A stretch of 45,932 nucleotides of DNA, taken from the IMG/VR virus record IMGVR_UViG_3300038829_000042, positions 1 to 45,932 of that record, one strand, 5' to 3'. How positions within the stretch are numbered: position 1 is the first letter of the stretch; the number at the start of each line of letters is the position of its first letter. The notes under the pieces are model-generated. The model was not told where the DNA came from and did no database searches. It worked only from the letters and a program-made list of their open reading frames with translations. Shown here piece by piece: positions 8,251-17,599 of this stretch. Source of the stretch: a virus (Duplodnaviria > Caudoviricetes). The position numbers and the translations under genes are program-made.

Positions 8251-9529
8251 CGAATCGTTAGAGCAGGCGGTGCTGGGGGCGGTGATGATTGGCGGCTCAT
8301 TTGATGACGTTGCCGAACACCTAGCCGCTGAGGATTGGTATTTTCAAAAGCACCAGGCGATCTATTCCGCGATGCTCCTGTTACGCCGGCAGAGTGAAGC
8401 CATTGACTACCTCACGGTCGGTCAGATGCTGGGTCAATCGGGTAGCCTTGAGAAGGTTGGTGGCAATGTGTACCTCGCTGAGCTGGTGGCTGGTGTGGTC
8501 TCAGCCTCAAACCTGAGTTCACATAGCCGTGCACTCAAAGAACTCTCGCTCTTGCGTGGGTTGCGACGGATTGGGCAGGATCTCACGATGCAAGCCGAGC
8601 AGAAGCACGACGCCTCAGTGATTGCGACAGAGGCGGAAGGGAAGCTCTTCACGACCATGTGGGCGAGGCAAGTGCTGCCATGGCGCACGAGTGCAGCGGT
8701 AATGCAAGAGACGTTGGATCATATCGATGTCATGCAGAAGCGTGGTGAGGCACTGAGTGGGATTACGACCGGCTTGACGGCGCTGGATAAGATGCTAGGG
8801 GGCTGGCAACCGAGCGACTTGGTGGTGATTGCGGCACGGCCAAGCATGGGCAAGACGGCGCTCATGTGTGGGGCAGCCGTGGCGGCAGCGAGGGCAGGGC
8901 ATCCGGTCGCAATCTCCAGTTTAGAGATGAGCGCGAGACAGCTTGGATCGAGAATGGTGGCCTTAGTCGGACGGCTCAACGTGTTCGATGTGCTGAATGG
9001 GCGTTTAGCACCGGGAGCCATGTACCCACTAGCGACGGCGGCACAGATTGTCAGTGAATCGCCCATTGCAATCGATGATTCAGGCATCATGACGATAGAG
9101 AAACTCAGGGCGAAGGCAAGGCAATTGAAGGTGAAGCAACAGGTTGACGTCTTGTTTGTGGATTATCTCCAGCTCATGGAAGGGTCGAAGAGCCGGGACA
9201 ACCGACAGGTTGAAGTCTCGCAGATCTCACGAGGGCTCAAGCTCTTAGCGAAAGAACTAGGAATTACCGTTGTGGCTCTGTCTCAACTATCAAGGCAATG
9301 CGAAAACCGTGAGGATAAGCGGCCTATTCTCTCAGACCTTCGGGAGAGTGGCGCAATTGAGCAAGACGCGGATATTGTCATGGGCCTGTATCGGGATGAG
9401 GTGTACAACCGGGAGTCACCAGACTTAGGGACTACCGAAATCCTCATCCGTAAACACAGGAACGGGCCGATTGGGGATGTTCGAGTGTCCTTTGTGAGCA
9501 CGTCGGCTAAGTTTACGGATCTGACATGA
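8219..9529 (+). CDS. dnaB: replicative DNA helicase
   Basis: EQAVLGA, Walker A AARPSMGKT, SLEMS, VDYLQLM, LSQLSR, DLRESGAIEQDAD, KHRNGP. Confidence 0.97.
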   Translation: MNHELAVQPHDESLEQAVLGAVMIGGSFDDVAEHLAAEDWYFQKHQAIYSAMLLLRRQSEAIDYLTVGQMLGQSGSLEKVGGNVYLAELVAGVVSASNLSSHSRALKELSLLRGLRRIGQDLTMQAEQKHDASVIATEAEGKLFTTMWARQVLPWRTSAAVMQETLDHIDVMQKRGEALSGITTGLTALDKMLGGWQPSDLVVIAARPSMGKTALMCGAAVAAARAGHPVAISSLEMSARQLGSRMVALVGRLNVFDVLNGRLAPGAMYPLATAAQIVSESPIAIDDSGIMTIEKLRAKARQLKVKQQVDVLFVDYLQLMEGSKSRDNRQVEVSQISRGLKLLAKELGITVVALSQLSRQCENREDKRPILSDLRESGAIEQDADIVMGLYRDEVYNRESPDLGTTEILIRKHRNGPIGDVRVSFVSTSAKFTDLT

Positions 9530-9612
9530 GGCAGGAGTGGCCCGTAATGCGTCGCATTTGGCTTATAGGCGTACTTTACCGAAAAGATGATAACTTCATC
9601 AAAGGAGGCATC

Positions 9613-10014
9613 ATGCACACAGAGGACGAGGCAATCAACGAGAAGTTGTGTCCGGCAGCGATGGGCAGTGGTGCGACAGAGAGATCCATCATGAAGGCGG
9701 GGCGAGAGGTGGACGCATTGATAGAGGAAAAGGTGATGGGGCATGGATCACGATGGAATTTCATGCCGAGTACGAATATCGCGGATGCATGGAGTGTGGT
9801 TGAGCAGTTGAAGGTGAGCAAGTGGGAGTTTTTTGCGGTGGGCCGATCAGATAATCGGCTCGGGTTGTGGTTTTGTGAGCTTGGTAAGCAGTTCCAGCTC
9901 AGCAATAGTGAGGTCATCGCCTATGCTGACACGGCTCCACTGGCTATTTGCCTCGCCTCCTTGAAAGCCATGGAGCACAAAGAGAAACTTGCGAAACCTG
10001 AGACAGTATGGTAA
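9613..10014 (+). CDS. phage ABA-sandwich (BC1872-like) protein
   Basis: AGREVDALIEEKVMG...STNIADAWSVVE...ADTAPLAICLASLKA; SD AAGGAGG. Confidence 0.7.
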   Translation: MHTEDEAINEKLCPAAMGSGATERSIMKAGREVDALIEEKVMGHGSRWNFMPSTNIADAWSVVEQLKVSKWEFFAVGRSDNRLGLWFCELGKQFQLSNSEVIAYADTAPLAICLASLKAMEHKEKLAKPETVW

Positions 10015-10023
10015 GGAAGCGGT

Positions 10024-10575
10024 ATGAAGAAACGGACGCGGGATAAGCGGCTGACCCCTCGTGAATTACAGTTCATTGACGCGCTCTTTGTGACCACCCC
10101 TCCCATGAACGGATCGGAAGCGGCTCGGGCGGTTGGGGTGAGCATGGCGAGCTGTCGGGTTCAAGCTGTCAAGTGGTTAACTAAAAGTAACATCAAGGCC
10201 GAAGTGGAGAGGCGACGGGCGGCGATTGAGCAAGCCTCGGAGGTCACGCGGGAAAAGTGGACGAAGAAGATGGCAGGGTTCTACAACTCGGATGTGCGGA
10301 AGATGTTTACCGGCCCTGGTGATGTGGTACCGATCAGTGAATTAGGCGACGATGAAGCCATGATGGTTGAAGGGTTTGAACTGGCCGAGAACTTCACGAA
10401 GGTCGGAGACCAGGCGGAGCATACCGGCTATACGAAGAAAGTGAAGCTGACGCCCAAGCTCAAGGCCATGCTGGAATTCGGCAAGGTGATGGGCTGGTAC
10501 ACGGAGAAATCCAAGATTGAACTGGGGGCCTCGCTGGAAGAATTGGTGCTGGCGAGCATGAAGGAGAAGGAATGA
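10024..10575 (+). CDS. terS: terminase small subunit
   Basis: LTPRELQFID...NGSEAARAVG HTH, KLKAMLEFGK; upstream of TerL. Confidence 0.85.
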   Translation: MKKRTRDKRLTPRELQFIDALFVTTPPMNGSEAARAVGVSMASCRVQAVKWLTKSNIKAEVERRRAAIEQASEVTREKWTKKMAGFYNSDVRKMFTGPGDVVPISELGDDEAMMVEGFELAENFTKVGDQAEHTGYTKKVKLTPKLKAMLEFGKVMGWYTEKSKIELGASLEELVLASMKEKE

Positions 10576-10796
10576 TGGAATGGACCACCGTGAAGCCCAG
10601 TCAAGAGGGATGGTACTGGATGAGGCTTCCACACGGCGTAGGTTTTATCGTGCGGATCATGCTCGCTGGGCAGGGGAATCGAGCACGATGGAGCGTGGTG
10701 GAGGATGGCGATCTCTGCGATCTTGATACATACGTGCTCGACTACGAATGGTCCAGCAAACCGATTGCAGAACCGAAGGAGATGGATCGTCGCTAA
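10572..10796 (+). CDS. hypothetical protein
   Basis: WTTVKPSQEGWYW...WSSKPIAEP; coupled between terS and terL. Confidence 0.65.
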   Translation: MMEWTTVKPSQEGWYWMRLPHGVGFIVRIMLAGQGNRARWSVVEDGDLCDLDTYVLDYEWSSKPIAEPKEMDRR

Positions 10797-12256
10797 TGGC
10801 CACGCTGCCCCCTGAGAAGTTGAAGCAGCTCGGTGATGAAATCCGAAAATGGCGGCGCGATGGGATTTACGCGGTTAAAACGCTCTTTGGTGTGACGCCG
10901 GACCCCTGGCAAGCGCAAGCGCTTGAAGCCTTCAGCGACCCCACGAAACAGCGCATTTCGATGCAGGCGTGCAAAGGTCCTGGTAAGACGGCGTTGCTTG
11001 CCTGGTGCATGTGGATCTACTTCTTGACTCGGCCTCACCCCAAGATTGCGGCTACGTCGATTAGTGCGGAAAACCTGAGAGACAACCTATGGACGGAGCT
11101 GGCGCATTGGATGAACAAGTCGAAGTACATCCAAGCGAAGGCGGTTTGGCAGAAAACTCAAGTGGTGAGCAAGGAGCATCCTGAAACGTGGTGGATGAGT
11201 GCGAGGACGTGGAGCAAGAGCGCCGACAAGAACGCGCAATCACTCACCTTGGCGGGGTTGCATGCAGATTATACGCTGGCGGTGCTGGATGAATCCGGGG
11301 GTATCCCTGACGGCGTGATGGCTACGGCCGACGCCTCGCTGTCCACGGTGGGGGGCGAGCATCGCGTGATTCAGGCTGGCAATCCGACGCACCTGGAAGG
11401 GCCGTTATACCGTGCCGCGACGACGGAGCGCCACTTGTGGACGCATATTGTCATTACCGGCGATCCAGACGACCCCAAGCGCAGCCCTCGCATTTCCGTC
11501 GATTGGGCGAAGCAACAGATTGAGAAGTATGGGCGGGATAATCCGTGGGTGCTGGTCAACGTGTTTGGCCAGTTCCCGCAATCGTCGATTAACACCTTGC
11601 TGGGCCCGGATGAAGTCCATGCGGCGATGAACCGCCTACATCACCAGACCGTCTATGACCATGAAGCGAAGATCATGGGCATCGATGTGGGCCGGTTCGG
11701 TGGCGCGCGCTCGGTGATCTTCCCTCGGCAGGGGTTGCAAGCGTTTGAGCCGGTAGTGCTGAGGCCGGATCGCAGTCAACGGGATTGGACCGGCGCCTTT
11801 GCGGGTCGCATTGCCCAAGGCCATGAGAAATGGCAGGCGGACGCCATGTTTATTGACGATACCGGAGGTTGGGGCGCTGGCACGATTGACACGCTGCAGA
11901 CAGGTGGCTATCCCATTATCGGGGTGAACTTCGGCGGGAAAGCGCTCGATCCACGGTACAAGAACCGGCGAGCCGAGATGCACTTCAAGGCGGCGGATTG
12001 GGTGAAAAAAGGGGGAGCACTCCCCAATATGCCTGAGTTAGTCCGCGAAGCTACCGCCACGACGTACACCTTTCGGAATGGGGTCTTTACGATTGAAGAG
12101 AAAGAGCAGGTCATGGAGAAGTTGGGCGGGGAGTCTCCTGACTTGTGGGACGCGCTGTGCTTGACCTTCGCGCAGCCGGTGGCGGCGAAGACAGGCTACG
12201 ACTGGATGGACAAGCACTCAACGAAATGCCGGACGGAGCGAGAGGAGGAGGAGTGA
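10796..12256 (+). CDS. terL: terminase large subunit
   Basis: PDPWQ, Walker A GPGKT, Walker B VLDESGG, GNPT, nuclease GIDVG, SPDLWDALCLTFA. Confidence 0.95.
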   Translation: MATLPPEKLKQLGDEIRKWRRDGIYAVKTLFGVTPDPWQAQALEAFSDPTKQRISMQACKGPGKTALLAWCMWIYFLTRPHPKIAATSISAENLRDNLWTELAHWMNKSKYIQAKAVWQKTQVVSKEHPETWWMSARTWSKSADKNAQSLTLAGLHADYTLAVLDESGGIPDGVMATADASLSTVGGEHRVIQAGNPTHLEGPLYRAATTERHLWTHIVITGDPDDPKRSPRISVDWAKQQIEKYGRDNPWVLVNVFGQFPQSSINTLLGPDEVHAAMNRLHHQTVYDHEAKIMGIDVGRFGGARSVIFPRQGLQAFEPVVLRPDRSQRDWTGAFAGRIAQGHEKWQADAMFIDDTGGWGAGTIDTLQTGGYPIIGVNFGGKALDPRYKNRRAEMHFKAADWVKKGGALPNMPELVREATATTYTFRNGVFTIEEKEQVMEKLGGESPDLWDALCLTFAQPVAAKTGYDWMDKHSTKCRTEREEEE

Positions 12257-13296
12257 TGGAACGCTTTAAGCTCATTGCAGATAACCTAGACACTGGCCCG
12301 TTGCTCAAGCGGATCTTAGCCAATGAGCATCTATGGGCAGAACGGACAGAGCGGCAGAACTACCCAGGCTCGGCGCACAAGGCCACGGAAACGATTTATC
12401 TCCGGTGGGCGGTGGATGAGTCGATTGAGGGGGGCTTCTACGATCTCAGAAGCCAGGATCATGTGGATACGATCAACACTCTCGGCCGCCTAGAGTGCGC
12501 TGAATTAGTGGAAACGGTCATTAAGTACATTCTCGGTGGCGTGAAGTACGGAACGGACACCGGAGGTCTATTAGGCCGCGTGATCCTCACTCGCATGAAG
12601 CCGGGGGGCGAGATTGCTGAGCATGTAGACGAGGGGCCCTATGCCGACAAGTATGATCGGTTTCACGTGTGCCTGCAAGGTGAATCTATCCTGACATGTG
12701 ACGGGGTACGCCAAAAAATGATACCCGGCGAGTTGTGGTGGTTTAACCATAAACTCCCCCATCGAGTCACGAATTATCTGTGGGGCGACCGTATCCACCT
12801 GATCATTGACCTCGTGGCTCCTGAGTATCGGGCTAAGCGGGGGTTGACGTTTCAGCGTGAACGTGTCTCGGATCTGTGGGATGAGGTCACGCCATTACTC
12901 GCCCGGCACAAAGACGAGGTATGTCATTACAAAGATTTCGTGCTCAATCCTGATGTGGAGAGTTACGAGGCGATTGAACGGGCTGGCGGGATGCGGTGCT
13001 ATACAGCTCGATTGAATGGCGACCTCATTGGATATTGTGCGTTGTTCGTCAAACACAACCTGCATTACCGTGATAGCTACCAGGCCCTTCAAGATGTGCT
13101 GTTTATCCTTCCTGAGCATCGAGGGAGCCGAGCTGGGTTCAAGCTCATTCGCTTTTGTGAGGAGCAGTTACGCAGGGAAGGGGTGCAGGTTATTATGCAG
13201 CATTTGAAGCTTGCCATACCAAAGACCGTTGAGCTGTTTAGAAAGATGGGGTATGAAGAGATTGATGTGATCATGGGGAAACGGTTAGATCGATGA
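12256..13296 (+). CDS. fusion of Asp/Asn beta-hydroxylase-like 2OG-Fe(II) dioxygenase and GNAT acetyltransferase
   Basis: GRVILTRMKPGGEIAEHVD...RFHVCL...GELWWFNHKLPHRVTN...DRIHLIID, then YTARLNGDLIGY...QDVLFILPEHRGSRAGFKL...FRKMGY. Confidence 0.85.
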   Translation: MERFKLIADNLDTGPLLKRILANEHLWAERTERQNYPGSAHKATETIYLRWAVDESIEGGFYDLRSQDHVDTINTLGRLECAELVETVIKYILGGVKYGTDTGGLLGRVILTRMKPGGEIAEHVDEGPYADKYDRFHVCLQGESILTCDGVRQKMIPGELWWFNHKLPHRVTNYLWGDRIHLIIDLVAPEYRAKRGLTFQRERVSDLWDEVTPLLARHKDEVCHYKDFVLNPDVESYEAIERAGGMRCYTARLNGDLIGYCALFVKHNLHYRDSYQALQDVLFILPEHRGSRAGFKLIRFCEEQLRREGVQVIMQHLKLAIPKTVELFRKMGYEEIDVIMGKRLDR

Positions 13297-13562
13297 GCGC
13301 GAAGACTTGGAAGGCTCAGATTGCGTCCATCGGATGCATTCTCTGCCGAAACCTTGGGTTTGGAGAGACTCCTGCTAATCTCCATCATGTGCGTGAGGGA
13401 CAAGGGATGAGCCAGCGAGCCAGCGATTTTCTTGTTGTGCCGCTGTGCCGAGAGCATCACCAGGGGAAGACGGGGATTCACGGTGGGCAGTTCTATCAGC
13501 TGTATAAACTTGACGAGCTTGACTTATTGGCGATGACATTGGAGGTGGTGCATGTCCGATGA
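13293..13562 (+). CDS. Ref/DUF968-like Zn-binding HNH-fold nuclease
   Basis: GCILC...LHHVREGQGMSQRASDFLVVPLCREHH...GIH. Confidence 0.8.
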   Translation: MSAKTWKAQIASIGCILCRNLGFGETPANLHHVREGQGMSQRASDFLVVPLCREHHQGKTGIHGGQFYQLYKLDELDLLAMTLEVVHVR

Positions 13563-13743
13563 CACAAACCCGTTGCGGCAATGGTTGCGACCGTCCGAAG
13601 TGGCTGAGCTGTGTCAAGTGTCCAGGGCCACGGTGTACCGCTGGATTGAACAAGGGGTATTGCCGACCTTGTTGAACCGGAGGCCGTACAAGGTGCCTAG
13701 AGCTTCGCTGAGAAATATACTGTCTCAATCGTCGCAGGTCTAG
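13552..13743 (+). CDS. excisionase-like/MerR-type HTH protein
   Basis: LRPSEVAELCQVSRATVYRWIEQGVL. Confidence 0.85.
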   Translation: MSDDTNPLRQWLRPSEVAELCQVSRATVYRWIEQGVLPTLLNRRPYKVPRASLRNILSQSSQV

Positions 13744-13778
13744 TCGTATTCCTAGTTGATTGTGCTATTGATACCTGC

Positions 13779-14024
13779 ATGGGATTAGCTGCATTCGCTG
13801 CCTTCTCCATGAAAGATACGTTTACGCCAGCCAAACAACCTGGCTATACGCCCCCTCCAACACCTGACCCAGTACAAGATGAAAAAGACGCGCAGAAGGC
13901 TTCCAAAAAGAGGAGAGACCTGTATGCAAACGTCGGCAGAAGCTCCACAATCCTGACCGGTCCCGGTGGGATTCAAGCGGCTCCAGCGGATAGCACGGCT
14001 CCGAAACAACTTTTAGGCATGTGA
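13779..14024 (+). CDS. small virion-associated protein preceding portal (BPP-1 Bbp22-type position)
   Basis: PPPTP, GRSSTILTGPGG, KQLLG motifs typical of the gene upstream of podoviral portals. Confidence 0.7.
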   Translation: MGLAAFAAFSMKDTFTPAKQPGYTPPPTPDPVQDEKDAQKASKKRRDLYANVGRSSTILTGPGGIQAAPADSTAPKQLLGM

Positions 14025-14503
14025 TGACTGCATCAGACATCCAACGATTCGAGCCTAAGTTTCATGTCACTCCTGGTTGCTGGGAGTGGATAGCTGGAAA
14101 GTTTCCAGGCGGGTATGGGCAATTCTGGATCAACGGCACGCAGAAGCATGCACACCGAATCTCGTTTGAAATCTATATTGGCCCAATCCCTGAGGGGCTT
14201 TACGTCTGCCACCATTGCGACAACCGCGCGTGCGTGAATCCAGATCATCTCTTTCTCGGCACTCATCAAGACAACATGGATGACATGATGAGCAAGGGAA
14301 GGGTTGGCCAACGTGGATGGAACTGGAGGTTGCCTGGACACTCACAGGGTTCTTTGAACACTGCGGCCAAACTTACCGAAGAGCAAGTTCGGGCCATTCG
14401 ACAAGACCCACGACGGCAGCAAGCCATAGCCAACGACTATGGCATTTGCCAGGTCATGGTCTCAGAAATTAAACGCCGCAAAGCGTGGAAGCACGTCGCA
14501 TGA
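14021..14503 (+). CDS. HNH homing endonuclease
   Basis: CWEW...GYG...AHRISF...VCHHCDNRACVNPDHLFLGTHQDNMDD...KLTEEQVRAIR. Confidence 0.93.
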   Translation: MMTASDIQRFEPKFHVTPGCWEWIAGKFPGGYGQFWINGTQKHAHRISFEIYIGPIPEGLYVCHHCDNRACVNPDHLFLGTHQDNMDDMMSKGRVGQRGWNWRLPGHSQGSLNTAAKLTEEQVRAIRQDPRRQQAIANDYGICQVMVSEIKRRKAWKHVA

Positions 14504-16236
14504 CCTACAACCACGGCTATCAAACAAAACGGCAACGGTTTGCCACTCTCGAGGCACAACTGAGGCAGGAGCGCAATTCGTTTGAATCGCATTGGTCTGA
14601 ACTCTCCGAACACTTCGCGCCGCATCGCTACCGCAAGACCGACACGGAACGTAATAAAGGCCAGAAACGACACGGCAAGATCATTAACGAATCGGGCATG
14701 CTGGCGGCACGGACGGCTCGCTCTGGCATGTTTGCGGGGATGTCGTCCCCCGCTCGGCCATGGCGACGGCTCACCACGCCTGACCCTGATCTTGCGGACT
14801 TTGGCCATGTGAAAGACTGGCTGCATACCATCAACCGCCGTATGACGACGCTGACGCTCCGCTCGAACTTCTATCACGTCATCCCCACACTGTACGGGGA
14901 TGAGCTGGTCTTCGGAGGTGGCGCCATAGGCATCTTTGATGATGCACATGACTTGATGCGGTGTTACAGCTACCCGGTCGGCTCTTACTGGCTCGCCTGT
15001 AATGATCGAGGTGTGGTTGATACGTTCATGTATCGCTACCAAATGACAGTGCGGCAGCTGGTCTTGAAGTTCGGTGATCCGCAAGCCAGCGAGGCGAATA
15101 AGTGGAAGCCGTTCTCGTCGCATGTGAAAAGCCTGTGGGATGCCGGCAGCTATGAAACCGCTATCTATCTCATGCACGTCATTACCCCCAACATGGAATT
15201 TGACCCGCGGCGGCTTGAGGCGAAGCACGCCATGCCCTATAGCTCCTGCTACTACGAACAAGGGATGGGCGCGAACGGGCTCACACAGGTGCAGTATTCC
15301 GCACATGATGGATTCCTGAAAGAGTCCGGCTTACCGTTCTTCCCTATTCTCGCGCCGCAATGGGAGAAGGCGGGAGAAGATACGTACTCGACGACCTGCC
15401 CAGGGATGGAAGCACTCGGGACAACCAAAGAGATTCAATCGACCGAAAAGCGGTTAAGCAAGGCGATTGAGAAGATGCTGAATCCGCCGATGCAAGGGCC
15501 AAGTTCCTTACGGAACCACAAGCCCAGCTTGATTGCGGGAGACTTTACGGCGGTCGATAGCCTCAACGATAAAGGCGGGTTGCGTCCGGTCCATGAGGTC
15601 AATATGGCGGTCCAGCATGTAGAGGCCAGAATTGCCAGGATGGAAGAGCGGGTTGATCGGTGTTTCTATGTCGATATGTTCTTGATGATCGACCGAATGC
15701 AGGGGGTGCAGCCGAGGAACGAAGCCGAGATTGCGGAACGGCATGAAGAGAAGCTGTTGGCTTTGGGGCCGGTGTTGGAGTCGAACAATGATGGTCTTTT
15801 TGATCCGTTGACTGATATCCAATACCAGCTCTTGCAGAAGGCGGGAATGATTCCCGAAGCTCCTGAAGAAGTTGAGGGTATGGACCTCAAGGTTGAGTAT
15901 GAGTCCATTATGGCCAAGGCGCAAAAGCTTGTTGGAGTGGCTGGCACGGAGCGGTTTGTCGGCTTTATGGGCAACGTCGCTGCGGCTAAGCCGGAAGTGT
16001 TAGACCGGCTCGACGCCGATGAATTGGCGGATGAGTACGGCGATATGATGGGCGTCAGTACGAAGATTATTGTCCCACTTGAGAAGGCCATGAAGGTACG
16101 GGAACAACGGGCACAGCAACAGGCGCAACAGCAAGCGATGGCGGCGGCGACGCAAGCGACACAAGCGGCTGAACAGCTCTCGAACGCGGACCTGAGCACA
16201 GACAACGGATTAACCCGCATGCTGGCAGGAGCGTAA
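14500..16236 (+). CDS. portal (head-tail connector), T7/BPP-1 type
   Basis: GMSSPARPWRRL, CPGMEALG, AEIAERHEEKLLALGPVLE, LKVEYESIMAKAQK. Confidence 0.93.
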   Translation: MTYNHGYQTKRQRFATLEAQLRQERNSFESHWSELSEHFAPHRYRKTDTERNKGQKRHGKIINESGMLAARTARSGMFAGMSSPARPWRRLTTPDPDLADFGHVKDWLHTINRRMTTLTLRSNFYHVIPTLYGDELVFGGGAIGIFDDAHDLMRCYSYPVGSYWLACNDRGVVDTFMYRYQMTVRQLVLKFGDPQASEANKWKPFSSHVKSLWDAGSYETAIYLMHVITPNMEFDPRRLEAKHAMPYSSCYYEQGMGANGLTQVQYSAHDGFLKESGLPFFPILAPQWEKAGEDTYSTTCPGMEALGTTKEIQSTEKRLSKAIEKMLNPPMQGPSSLRNHKPSLIAGDFTAVDSLNDKGGLRPVHEVNMAVQHVEARIARMEERVDRCFYVDMFLMIDRMQGVQPRNEAEIAERHEEKLLALGPVLESNNDGLFDPLTDIQYQLLQKAGMIPEAPEEVEGMDLKVEYESIMAKAQKLVGVAGTERFVGFMGNVAAAKPEVLDRLDADELADEYGDMMGVSTKIIVPLEKAMKVREQRAQQQAQQQAMAAATQATQAAEQLSNADLSTDNGLTRMLAGA

Positions 16237-16376
16237 TGGCCAAGAAAGTACCAGGGGCCTTGACGGCGAAAGCCTCGGCCCCCCGATCGGTGAAGAAAGT
16301 ATCGAAACCGACACCCGCCCCGAAAGCGAAGAAGGCAATAGCGGTGTTTCGGAAAGCGGTTTTAGGAGGCGTATGA
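16236..16376 (+). CDS. small Lys/Ala/Pro-rich basic protein (46 aa)
   Basis: TAATG and ATGA coupling; MAKKVPGALTAKASAPRSVKKVSKPTPAPKAKK... Confidence 0.55.
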   Translation: MAKKVPGALTAKASAPRSVKKVSKPTPAPKAKKAIAVFRKAVLGGV

Positions 16377-16765
16377 ATCTCGCTGACCCGCGCTCTGTCC
16401 GTAAGTCGAAGCAGAAAGAACAACTGACCAGACAGCGCGAGATGGATGACCTGAAAGCGGTGTGTGTCACGCCTGCCGGAAGGCGGTTTGTGTTTCAACA
16501 GCTCCAAGAGTCTGGCGTGTTTGCCTTGGTCTTCGATGCGGCGAACGCACAGATGAACGCCTTTTATGAAGGCCGTCGAAGCATGGGGATTACGATCTTC
16601 GCCAATTTGAACGAACTGGATTCGATGCTCTACCCGCAGATGGTGAAGGACGCACAGCGCGGGGAAAGCCACTTGAAGTCCGTCGATGACGCGGAGGACC
16701 CGTATTACCCGAAGGAAGCGATAGCGGTTCCACACCCATACGAGGAGGATGCAAGCGATGAGTGA
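16373..16765 (+). CDS. Bbp19-like protein
   Basis: DLKAVCVTPAGRRFVFQQL...AFYEGRRSMG; position between portal and scaffold. Confidence 0.8.
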   Translation: MNLADPRSVRKSKQKEQLTRQREMDDLKAVCVTPAGRRFVFQQLQESGVFALVFDAANAQMNAFYEGRRSMGITIFANLNELDSMLYPQMVKDAQRGESHLKSVDDAEDPYYPKEAIAVPHPYEEDASDE

Positions 16766-17363
16766 TCCTATTCCTAGTGCGCCTGTGACGCTGGAGACTC
16801 CTGCTCCCGCTGCATCCGCGACTATTGTCACCAGTGCCCCGGCTCCCACCGGGGCCACACCTGCTCCGGTTGCGCCGGTCGCTCCGGTGACGCCTGAGCC
16901 GGTGTATGCCCTCACCCTGCCGGATGGCAGCCCACTTGAGACCTCAGCCGTGGAGCGAGTCACGACCTTTGCGAAGGACTCGAAGCTCGCTCCTGAATCG
17001 GCCCAAAAGGTGCTTGAGCTGGCCCATGCGGAATCAGCGGCCCTCATCCAGAGACAAACCGCGGAGTATCAGGCGAAAGTGACGGGATGGGAAAGCACCG
17101 TGAAGGCTGATAAGGAGCTGGGCGGAGACAACTACAACCGCACGCTCACTCGGGCGAAAGCGGTGTTTGATCGGTTTGCCGATCCTGAGTTGAAAGAAGC
17201 CATGAATAAGACCGGGTTTGGGAATTATCCTGCCTTGGTCAAGTTCGTGGAGAAGATCGGGGCAGCGATGGAAGGTGATCAGCTGATGAGGCCGACCACG
17301 TTACCCTCGAATGACAGCACCACGCTGGACCGAATGTTTCCGAAATCGGCAGCGGTGAAATGA
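16758..17363 (+). CDS. capsid scaffolding protein
   Basis: Pro/Ala-rich N-terminus, DKELGG, LKEAMNKTGFGNYPALVKFVEKIGAAMEGD. Confidence 0.85.
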   Translation: MSDPIPSAPVTLETPAPAASATIVTSAPAPTGATPAPVAPVAPVTPEPVYALTLPDGSPLETSAVERVTTFAKDSKLAPESAQKVLELAHAESAALIQRQTAEYQAKVTGWESTVKADKELGGDNYNRTLTRAKAVFDRFADPELKEAMNKTGFGNYPALVKFVEKIGAAMEGDQLMRPTTLPSNDSTTLDRMFPKSAAVK

Positions 17364-17518
17364 ACGACGTTGAGAAAATAGAAGCGCATCTGGCCGTACT
17401 CTTACGAGGGCGGCAGATGACACGCGAAGAAGGAGAGCATTTCGTTCGCCACTTTAAAGGCATCTTGACCGGAGTGGGCGAACTCGTCGAATCAAAGGTC
17501 AAGCAACTGACTCGCTAA
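17360..17518 (+). CDS. hypothetical protein (52 aa)
   Basis: ATGA overlap with scaffold stop; MNDVEKIEAHLAVLLRG...KVKQLTR. Confidence 0.5.
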   Translation: MNDVEKIEAHLAVLLRGRQMTREEGEHFVRHFKGILTGVGELVESKVKQLTR

Positions 17519-17534
17519 TCTCTCCCCGCTGCCG

Positions 17535-17591
17535 TCCTCTCTCGTCAATTCTGACGCCGGAGTGACCTCCTCGGGCAACCGAACAAAGGAG
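17535..17591 (+). promoter_or_regulatory. structured leader of major capsid gene
   Basis: Three adjacent hairpins CGTCA/TGACG, GGAG/CTCC, TCGG-GCAA-CCGA just before SD AAAGGAG. Confidence 0.4.
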
Positions 17592-17599
17592 TGTTACTC

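Noticed and set aside
13552-13743. Excisionase indicating an integration module
   Set aside because: No integrase or att-like context; more likely a transcriptional or packaging regulator
14437-17047. Long minus-strand ORFs (14437-15306, 15666-16220, 16067-17047)
   Set aside because: Antisense shadows of the portal and scaffold genes with no recognisable motifs
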